A stretch of 63,794 nucleotides of DNA, counting the filler, from Pelomyxa schiedti (Eukaryota > Protista > Evosea), in NCBI GenBank assembly GCA_020536535.1. It is 8 parts of 8 records of this genome, joined end to end, with 100 filler letters (N's around TTAATTAATTAA, not from the genome) between each part and the next. Parts side by side here need not be neighbours in the genome. Positions count along the whole stretch, not along the records: positions 12,577 to 31,002 come from JAHLWZ010000143.1; 7 more parts are not named here. One strand, written 5' to 3'. The position numbers were made by a program, and so were the translations under genes. Below, piece by piece: positions 12,576 to 22,326 of the stretch (its first letter is position 1; each line of letters begins with the position of its first letter). The notes below the pieces were generated by a model, which was not told the DNA's origin, did not search any database, and worked only from the letters and a program-made list of their open reading frames with translations.

Positions 12576-13741
12576 NTCTTTGCGATTAGACCGCATCCCG
12601 ATGAATTGTGAACAAGACACCCAAGGGATGAAACTGTCTCACAAATAGTATCTGAATCGCACTCAAAACTCACCTGTTTGTTGTTGCGTAGGTGGTATCG
12701 TGATTAGCATAAAAACTAAAGTTGGTTAGAGCAACTGCAACGTGCCTTCAATTCGGTTGGTGTTGGAGCCTCAGTATCAGCACCAGAATCGCAAAGTTTT
12801 TTGAGACGAGGTGTGAGAGTATCATTGACAGCCACAAGTTGGAGGTCAGTGAACTTCGTTGTTGCCTGTTGTGCATATTCTTGTGCCTCCTGTAAAACCT
12901 TCGTCTTGTTGTCGCATCCTTCAATGCTTTCTTGGAATGGGTCAGTGTGAATTGGTCGGGACAAAAATAATGCCTTTTTGGCAGTCTCTGTGATTGTATT
13001 CACTTCTGAGAGCAGTTGTGCCTCCCTGGCATTGACAAATGCAACAATCTTGGCAAATTCAGTTCGTATTTCTGACTTGACCTTCTCTGAAGCTTCTTCT
13101 GCGTTTTTGCAACACCCCTTGTTATTTGTGGTTTAAATGTCATTTCACAATAAATTTGGACGAGAACGCACAATTGCAGTGAGTTTAGACAGTGAAACCT
13201 TCTCCAGAAGCAATGACAACTTGGCACTAAGTGATGAAATGTTCTCCTTGAACTTTGGGCTCAGGTCACTGACAACAACGAAGTCGTGGTTGTTGTGGTC
13301 GATCTTCCTGATAGAATTGTGTTTGGTGTTGAACAAAAGAGAAAAAGGCACACACGTGCAGCCACGGCAAATCGGCGACTTGTCAGTGTTGCAATACAGT
13401 AGCAACTCCTCATGTGGATGCTTGGAGCATGCGCCTAGTTTTGGCGCCGTTTGTTTCTCGCAATCTTACTTAGTAGGAGGAGAAGGACCTGAGAGTGGCA
13501 CACAGGGCACGTCACTGTTGATGTTGATGAGGTGGGACTCTTCGCCGAGGTCGAGGTTCCGGGCGAATATTGCGAGCATAGAGTGATGCACTCGAGGCAC
13601 AAAGTGTGCAAACACGGCAGGAGCCTGGTGGTCGTGAGGACGTTTGGAAACACGAATTTTCCAAATTGTAGACCTTGGGTCCCGAAAGAAAGAGGAACAA
13701 CAAGGGCACGTTATTTTCCCGATCACATCGCCTCGGTCCAT
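12576..13741 (-). CDS. TRIM-like RING-B-box-coiled-coil protein (copy 1), 3' truncated by the contig end
   Basis: Spliced RING CPCCSSFFRDPR|LLPCLHTLCLECI...VTCPVC; B-box CSKHPHEELLLYCNTDKSPICRGC..HNNH; coiled coil highly similar to 18840-19500. The RING/B-box junction frame is unclear. Confidence 0.8.
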
Positions 13742-14089
13742 TCAAATCCTTGGTTTTTCCCAAGTTCGTTCTGGTCATTTTCAACCACGCAACCCCCTAC
13801 TGGTGATGCGTTCCGAAAACGTTCTGTAGGCGGGCGTAACGACGATGGTGAAGAGTGACTGCAGTTACGAGGCACCGTGGAACGGTAACGGTGTCACTGG
13901 CGATCTCACAGAAAAACGTGCAGTGGTGCACGATGCACAGCCTCGCTTTGGCCCAATGTAGGCAACTAGCCCCCACAAAGGCACCCCATCATCTGCATGA
14001 CAGACTGCCACACCAACACATGTAACTGCACAGTAAGTATTGGGGCAACAGAAAAACAATTTGTGTGATTGTTCCAACATGGAACACCC

Positions 14090-14342
14090 AGGTGGTGCTT
14101 TAAGTGGTAGTGCTTGTGGCAGTGCTCATGGTGGCAACAATGGTGGTAGTGCCTACAGTGGCAGTACTCATGGTGGCACTGCTCGTGGTGGTAGTGCTCA
14201 GAGTGGTGGTGCTTGTGGTGGTGCTCATGGTGGGGGTGCTCATGCTGGCAGTGTGCACAGTGAGAGTGCTCGTAGTGGAGGCACTCAAGGTGGCAGTGCT
14301 TGTGGTGGTGAGGCTTGCAGTGGTGGTGCTCACAGTGGTAGT
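14090..14342 (+). repeat. Degenerate 15-bp minisatellite (GGTGGTAGTGCTCAT-like, about 16 units; reads as GGSAH repeats)
   Basis: Period-15 units visible directly; ORF MEHPGGALSGSACGSAHGG... at 14079-14363. Confidence 0.75.
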
Positions 14343-14834
14343 GTTAGTCAGCTGAAAAAGTGATAATACACTGGGTACTGGTGGGTGGAAGCATATCAAC
14401 AAATAACATGGGCCTGGTAGGTGTTTAAAAAGCTCATTAAAAAGTAAATAGGAAACCACCCAAAAATGGCTCTCTTTGTTCACACATTTTTGGGTGGGTA
14501 CACAGAACAAAAAGCTCTATGTTAAGGAAATGTGCACAGAACACCAGGACCTTTCAGATGTTTACACTCTTAATGCAGTGGCACTGAGTTTGGCCCAGAG
14601 CTACAGTCCTGTTTTTGCCATTGGAACAGGGAAACTCGATCCACAATCAACACCATGACACAATTCGATGGATCTTGTGGCACTGTTCCGAGGTAAGTAT
14701 GTATCGCCCTGTTTGTGCTATGTCACACCAACCTGTTTTGTTCCACCAACAGGGTTCCCTGTAGACTTTTGGAAGGGCAACATGCCGGAAGTTGTTACGC
14801 TTTTTGTTGGGGATGGGCACACCAACCAGGCACG

Positions 14835-15800
14835 ATGACCACGCGCCCACCCAAGTGCACTGTGTGTGGGTCAGATGAGGTTCCGTGGTGGTGCCCGTGC
14901 TGCGGCGTGTCCCTGTGCAACGAAGACCAGGGACACCACTCACGTGCATTGAAGACTGCGCCACACAAGGTTTATTTTTTCATCTTCCATATTGTTTCTC
15001 ATGGGGAACATATATCACTTAGATTGAATGAACACAAGAGGCACGAATATGTTGCTGTAGGTGACCTGAGCCCAAAATTCAAGGACAACATTGCAACACT
15101 CGGATTGTTCACAATTCAATAGCAGGCACACTTATTACCAGGGATTTGCCACTCAACCACTTGATTCATCGCCTACCTTCGGCCACAGCTGACATAGTTT
15201 GAGAACATGACTAGCTTCATCAACAACACTAATTCAAGGTAATCAATTCACACTCAAAGTGGTGCCCCACAACTCCGAGGGCCCGTGCCAGGCCGTGCTA
15301 CGTGTACCGCGCCCCATATAGTACATCCACAATGACAAAGGTGCGTGTGAGTGATGGGGCAACAGTCGCATCAGCCCCACTTCCAAACGCCGGTCACACA
15401 AATCAATCGGCGTGGAGCTGGGGCGGATACACAGACATTTGTTGGTATGTTGATGCAGGGGGTGTGCTGTTCGTGGTCCACGCACCACCAGACAACAACA
15501 ACATACACATCACGAGGGTGGACCCTGCCAACCTTGCAATCCTGAAGTGGGAGGTGCCCCGCGTCAAGAGGAAGACAGGGTTAGCATTTGTTGGTGGGAA
15601 GTTCTACTTTGGAAAGTCGCACAACTAGGTAAGAACCACGTACTTGCTGGGTGTTGGGATGTTTGACACCACAATGCATGCACGATCCCGACTTTGGAAA
15701 GTCGTCTTTAGTGGATTCCGTCTACAAACCAGCTCCTCGTCATTGACCTGATGGCGGCACCGAATTCCGCGCTTTCATCTTTGACAACGTTGCTATGAAA
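14835..15800 (+). pseudogene. Decayed TRIM-olfactomedin gene (copy 2): B-box1, partial B-box2/coiled coil, deleted and frameshifted OLF domain
   Basis: CTVCGSDEVPWWCPCCGVSLC..HH; LNEHKRHEYVAVGDLSPKFKDNI; SWGGYTDICWYVDAGGVLFVVHAPPDNNNIHITRVDPANLAI; stops and deletions relative to 19228-20235. Confidence 0.75.
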
Positions 15801-15889
15801 CGAGCGCTCGTTCCGCTTCGTTTCGAATTCTCCAATTTTTAGCCGAAAACAACAGTTGGAACCAAGTTTTCTCGCAACTGTAAACAACA

Positions 15890-17781
15890 ATGGACATGGA
15901 GCAGCTTGACGCGGCGTTCGCGGCCATCAAGAAGCAGATGGCGGAACAAAAGCAGCGGGACCAGGCGGAGCTGGAGGAAGTCAAAAAGAGAGACATGGCC
16001 GAGCTGGCGGACAAGCGCGACAAGATGATGGCGCAGGTGGAGGAGGAGCGAGCGAGGCTCAAGACCGAGTGGGACTGGGTGTCACTCGCCACCGGAAAAT
16101 CCTCAAGGTCTCCTTGTGACCCCGACGAGGTTGACCCTTATTATTACCCACAAGATCTCTCGTTTTTTTTGGGTTTTCCATGTGGCTTTTATTCGTTCTT
16201 CTATTTCGTTTCTGTTTGTTGCTTTTTGACTAACTTCTATGTACGTTAAATACTACAAATAGGGGGCTGGGGAGACAAAGCTGGGAATTGGTGAAGTTGT
16301 GAAGCTGAATGTTGGAGGAGTCAGATATGACACAACAATAAAAACCCTCCAAAAATATGGAAAGTCCAGGCTTGTCACTCTTTTCAGTGGTGAGCATCCC
16401 CTTCAGCGGGATAGTGATGGCTGCTTCTTTCTTGACACAGACGGAAAGCGCTTTGCATATGTGCTGAATTTCCTGAGGCGTGGATTTGTGTCAATTCCAA
16501 AAGGAAAGGAGCACTTGGTGCGAGAGCTTCTCTATGAGGCAGACTTCTTTGGCCTTGAAGAAATGAAGGTGGAGATTAAAAAAGCAGCCGACTACTTGGG
16601 ACGCACCCAGTTCTACAACCTGTTTCCAAGTGAGAGTATTTTCATCCCTGAAGGGGTAACATTTACCTCTGCCTCTGGGGGTGGCTCCTCTGGGTCACAT
16701 TGGAATTGGAACAATACTAGAAGACCAACTTCTCTTTTTTCTATTCAAGGAAACGAAGTATCAATCAATCAAACCATGAGATTCCTTTGCTTTGTGAGAC
16801 TTCCTGGCGTCTCAAGTGGGAATAATGGCCATGCTGAGATATACCTTGCCGGGTCTTCAATTGCGCATTATTGGCGCAATGAGCCTAGCGGATATGTCAA
16901 CCAAGTTTTCTTCAACCAAGTAATTGAGGCTAACTCTGGAACAAAGTTGAGTGTCTACAACAACTCCCTAGGCCACTGTTACAATCACCAGATCTCCTCA
17001 ACATCATGTCTCCTCCTTCTTCCCCTTCGAGACACAGTTCCCGTATTGCAGTGTTCCTCAACAACCAATTCAGGGAACTGCTGGTACTGGACCCAAAAGG
17101 CCGAGTGCCAACCTTTCACCGTGGCAAACCAAACCATCACAATCAAGCCTGAGGGACTGTACTTCGTTTTGGTAAGGGTGACGGGGCATTCAACCGGTGG
17201 CTATGTTCAATTGAACTGCGCCGGTTCTTCAATTGCACAGTGCCACATGAACGAAGGCAACAGCTACTCCAACTCTGCCATCATTTCCGAGGTTGTGCCT
17301 GCACAGGCTAACACCCAACTCAGTTTCATGCAACAGCTACACTCCATCACAGTACGGCGCAGCCACGGCACTTTCAGTGCTTGGGCCGCTTCCAGGAGAC
17401 TCCTACATTTCCTTTTCATGCAGTGCAGCAGCTTCGCCAAACCAATACTACAAGTGGCAATTCAGGCATGGTTGTTCCGCCCTTGCAAGGGTTGAAAGTG
17501 GCTCTTCCATCTTCATCTCACAGGCAGGGCTCTATCTGGTCATTGTTCGGATCACAGCAAGTTCCAACAGTGCCAACTCTGGGTGGGCGGAACTTCAGGT
17601 AAATGGCATTCCATATGCTCAGGCATTCATCTACAATGCAAATTCTTATTGGAACACGGTGCACTTCTCTGAGGTGCTGGAAGTTCAACCTGGATGCAAT
17701 CTTTCAGTTTGCAACAGGGGCCTCAACACCTACAACATCTGCACTACGGAAGTGCACACCCTCATTCTCATTCGTATGTGA
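15890..17781 (+). CDS. Coiled coil + KCTD-type BTB/POZ + three tandem C1q/TNF-like (BclA-C-like) domains; one frameshift at about 17320
   Basis: Intron 16130-16262; VKLNVGGVRYDTTIKTL...DSDGCFFLDTDGKRFAYVLNFLR (BTB/T1); three repeats of about 130 aa with I.I...GLY.V.VR......L...G..IA..........EV......LS. Confidence 0.8.
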
Positions 17782-18060
17782 CATTTGCTCAAGGAACATA
17801 AAACTCCTTTTGTTTAAAATATTACAGAGCTACATCGTGATATCCGGGAGCCTAACAGATTAGCTGTGAAACCACCAACTCATTCTAACCTCACTCTGCC
17901 TGAGGCAATCCCCAAGAAGCCCAAGCGGACTCGTAAATCGAAATCCAACCCAAGTGCCGTACCGCCGACTCAGACCGCCCATCGAACGTAGGTGCTCGGC
18001 AGAGATTAGCTCCGGTTTGTTGATGGAATTCACGACGTCGCCCTCATGTATTTGCCGGAT

Positions 18061-18117
18061 GTTGGGAGTGTTTTTGTTTCTGCAAGTATCATCATATGTT
18101 TTGCCAAGGTAGAGCAG
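18061..18117 (-). pseudogene. Short inverted fragment of the OLF-domain gene
   Basis: Reverse complement CTACCTTGGCAAAACATATGATGATACTTGCAGAAACAAAAACACTCCCAAC resembles CTACTTTGGCAAG (about 20118) joined to TATGATGACACTTACAGAAACACACTCCCAAC (20181). Confidence 0.5.
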
Positions 18118-18120
18118 GCG

Positions 18121-18162
18121 CAGCAAAACCCGCCTGGCGGGTTTTGGTGAGAGTGCTCTAGT
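18121..18162 (+). mobile_element. Helitron-like 3' terminus (GC-rich hairpin, 11-nt spacer, CTAG|T)
   Basis: CAAAACCCGCC-T-GGCGGGTTTTG (18124-18146) followed by GTGAGAGTGCT and CTAG (18158-18161), then T. Confidence 0.5.
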
Positions 18163-18481
18163 CCTTTTGATTCATCACTTGCATGTTGATACTTTGGGCA
18201 TAGGAACCTGGTGTCAATTAAATTAAATCAGCAGTTGAGACGCAGTCAAGTTTTTTTCTTCTGAAGCGGTCCATAGTTCCATCAACAGTCGCTCTGACAT
18301 CAGGGAATCATAGTAATCCATTAATGAAGTTTATTAAAGAACCACCTTCCGTGTCCCTATTGGCATGCCGATTCAAGTGCGTGTGTGGCCACATTTTGTT
18401 TTGGCTCGTTTTTTACCATCATTTGAAAACGAAAAGATCACCGTCTCTTCCCAGAAAAAGATCAAAAAAAAAAAACGAAGT

Positions 18482-20400
18482 ATGGCGCCATTCTCGTGTA
18501 CCCTTGTTGTTCCTCTTTCTTCCGCAACCTGTGTGTACCATGAATCTCACACACTCTTGCCCTGTTTGCACAGCTTATGCCTCGAGTGCATCCTCCTCAC
18601 CCGACCCCAGCGTAACCTCGTTAAGTGTCTCCCCGCGATCTATCGTTACATGCCCTGTGTGCCCGGAAACAACAAAAAACAGACCACAACTCCACCTGAG
18701 GCGTTCCCCTTTGACTTTTGCGGTTTTATTGCAATACTGACGAGTCACTGATATGCCAGGATTGCACGTATGCTTGTCTAATGGGGAGCATATATATATA
18801 TCATCATTTAGGTTGAATGAGCACAAGAACCATGAATGTGTTGTTGTCAATGACCTGCGCTCCCAATTCAAGGACAACATTGCCTCACTCTGTTCGCAGT
18901 TGTAATTGTACCTGGAGAAGGTTTCAATTTCGAAGCTCACCACAATTGTGTGTCTTCCATTCCATCATCCTAATTCTTTTCTTCCTCACAAACAACAAGG
19001 AGTGTTGCAAAAACACAGAAGAAGCTTCAGAGAAAGTCAAGTCAGAAATACGAACTGAATTTGCCAAGATTGTTGCTGTTGTCAATGCCAGGGAGGCTCA
19101 ACTGCTCTCAGAAGTGAATACAATCACTGGAACTGCGAAAAAGGTCTGTTAATTTTGCTGTTGTCCCCTTTCAACTGACAGAGACCACAAGACATTCCAA
19201 GAACACATTGAGGAATGCAACAACAAGATGAAGGATGCACAAGAGGCGCAAGAATATGCGCAACTGGTGACAACGAGGTTCTATGACCTCCAACTTGTGT
19301 CTGTCAATGATACTCTCACATCTCGTCTTAAAAAACTTTGCGCTTCTGGTGCTGAGAATTGTTCTCAAATACCAAATGAATTTAAGGTATCTTCCCCACA
19401 TCCACAATGTAAAATGCACAAACAAAAGGTGAGATTTGAATGTCATTCCACTTCCGTTTGTGGAACAATTTCATCACTTGGGCGTCTTGTTCACGACTCT
19501 GCCATCAGAAAACGTGATGCTAAGGTAACGACAGAGGCAGCAGAAACTACGACGATGACGAGGACACTCAAACAACTTGACACATTGTCGATGGTGCCCT
19601 CCATTCCACCGCGTCAGGCACACAGGCTGTTTGTTGACAACGCAACTGGAAAAGTGTACTGCGACAGTACGTACCACAATCCAGAACTGACAGAATTCGA
19701 GAACATGACGAACTTCATCAACAACACCAACCCAAGACAATTTACACTCAAAGTGGTGCCCCATTTCCCCCCGGGCCCGGGCCAGGCCGTGCACAACGGC
19801 CACGTGTACTGCACCCCATACAGTACATCCACAATGACCAAGGTGCGTGTGAGTGATGGATCAACAGTCGCAACTGCACAACTCAGAACCGGTCATTCAA
19901 AGCAATCATCATGGAGCTGTGGTGGATACACAGACATTTGCTGGTATGTTGATGCAGGGAGTGTGCTGTACGTGGTCCACGCACCACCAAAGGACCACTA
20001 CCAGAGCAACATACACATCACGAGGGTGGACCCTGACTCCCTCGCAATCCAACAAACGTGGGAGGTGCCCCGCATCAAGCAGCATACTGCCTTTGCATTT
20101 GTTGTGTGTGGGAAGTTCTACTTTGGCAAGTCTGATCGCAGCCAGGAAATCAATGGGTATTTGATACCGCGACTGGTGTTTATGATGACACTTACAGAAA
20201 CACACTCCCAACAACCAGCAAGTATGTGGCTCTGACTGCGTGGATACAGCTCCTCGTCATTTCCCGCTCTAATGACAGCACTGAGCTCCGCTACTTCATC
20301 TTTGACAATGTTGCTCTGTGAACCCAGCACCGGTCGAACTGTGTGTCATCACGGGAAAGTTTGCATCTGTATGTATTCCGGGCCCATTCGCAAGAAAAGT
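18482..20400 (+). pseudogene. TRIM-olfactomedin gene (copy 3): RING, B-box, coiled coil and a nearly complete OLF domain; disabled
   Basis: LLPCLHSLCLECI..VTCPVC; coiled coil; OLF motifs ELTEFENMTNF, GPGQAVHNGHVY, WSCGGYTDICWYVD, NIHITRVDPDSLAIQQTWEV, AFAFVVCGKFY. In-frame TAA at 18903 (TCA in copy 1) and frameshifts near 18600 and 20155. Confidence 0.8.
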
Positions 20401-20497
20401 AACTTTATACACCACGTCATTTTACTGGAACCAACAAGCTGTAAAAGTATGTTTTACAATCATCAATTGTTCATTTTTTCCCTTCTATTTTGTTTTC

Positions 20498-22199
20498 CTA
20501 GAACGTAGACATAACACTGCTGATGTTTAGTGCAGAAGCCATTGAGCCACTGCTAGGTGTTGACTGTGTTGCCAAATTGGCTATTATAAAGGGTATTACC
20601 CCAAGTATCATTGTTCCTGTGATATAAGGATACGCCCGGCTCATTGGCATGTTCCCACCAATGGATTCATTTACCATGGTGGACACTGTTGACAGGCACC
20701 CACAGAATCCGGCTGTGAGACCCCATGACAACTGGTATGCGAGCGAAGNNNNNNNNNNNNNNNNNNNNNNNNNNNNNNNNNNNNNNNNNNNNNNNNNNNN
20801 NNNNNNNNNNNNNNNNNNNNNNNNNNNNNNNNNNNNNNNNNNNNNNNNGGATACGCCCGGCTCATTGGCATGTTCCCACCAATGGATTCATTTACCATGG
20901 TGGACACTGTTGACAGGCACCCACAGAATCCGGCTGTGAGACCCCATGACAACTGGTATGCGAGCGAAGATTCCGGGTTTCTGTGCTGTGCAGGTGAGAA
21001 TGTAGCGTACAGAATACAGGCCAGTGTGTTGCACAACATTGTGTGCCATGGAATTCCAATGTACTTCCAGAGCAGTGCAACTTTTTCGCGTGCAGTGAAC
21101 TCCATGTGTGCGAGCGGTGCGAAGTCCTCACCTTGTAGCTCCCCTTCTTTTAGGAGCTGTTTTGCAATGACCCGCTTGTCTTTTGGAGCCCATGAGATGA
21201 ATTTGGCTGCTCCCTTAGAGACACACCAACGCAAAAGTGCACCATATGGTCCAATTGCCATAGGAACTAAAAATTCCTTGGCGTCATCATTTTTGGCATC
21301 TGACAGTGCGTAGAGCGCTCCAACACATATCTTTTTTTTTGTTGTTGTTGTACTTTTTAGATCGAAACAAAAGAAAACCGTCTTACCGCGATATAAACAG
21401 AGAAGCAGAGCAGTGCAATTATGGTGACTCTCCTTTTAGTTATTACATGACTCTGCCTGCTAACCCTTTTGAGGTTTCTTTTGAAAATCTCGTAGGCTTT
21501 CAAGTGCCTATTTGGAAACAATAATATCTAAGTAAAGCTTAAAAGTGTTGGTGGAAGGAAAAACAAAAGGTTACCTTCCGGACTGGTAACACAAAACGGG
21601 GACAGCCCACCCAATTATCCAACAAGCAATACCTTCCAAAACTCTTGGAGTTGTCATCAAAGATCCAACATGTGACTCCCACCCACTGAATGTTGTGAGG
21701 CTGCCACAAAATCCAATAGACATAGCAATTCCCCAAGGGGATGGTTTTGTACCATCTTCCAAATAAGCCTGCTTGATCGCCAAGAACCCCATTATGAAGC
21801 ACCCCACACTATTCGAGAGTATGTCTCTCGGAATAGCAGTGCTCAAATCTCCCACATAGTAATTCCATGCGAATACAAATACAATCCTAATTGAGGTTTA
21901 ATTTGGATTAACTAACTGCCTTCGCCCCTACGAGCACAACCAAACATTCCAAAATAAAACGGGGGGGAAAAAAAAATCCCAAAAACACACCTGATTGCCA
22001 CACCAGCCACGGAGCACACAGTAATAAGTGCCACAATTTGGATATACGCAGCCCAATCGCACGGTGCATTTGGAGTCACGGCTGAGCTGGTAGTGAACAG
22101 GTCCTGGGGCCTGTGGTCACGCAGCAGCCTTTGCTTTTGCATACCAAGTTCGCTGTTGTACGACTGCCCGATCAACTGCCACATTGGGTGGGCTGCCAT
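20498..22199 (-). CDS. FEX1: Eukaryotic fluoride exporter FEX (two CrcB/Fluc domains)
   Basis: VAGVAIR; ILSNSVGCFIMG; GFCGSLTTFSGW; GPYGALLRW; TMLCNTLAC; GFCGCLSTVST. Confidence 0.92.
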
Positions 22200-22326
22200 T
22201 CCGACTTACGGGTACCCGCGGCCTAGCGAGCGAACAGAAAACCAAACAAACGAAAAGCCGAAAGTAATTTCTCCTTGTTGTTGATTGATTATTCTGTCAG
22301 GTTTGTTTTGTGACAAGTGAAGTGGA

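Noticed and set aside
18121-18150. Bacterial rho-independent terminator look-alike, suggesting contamination
   Set aside because: Embedded among spliceosomal-intron genes on the same contig; a Helitron-end reading fits better
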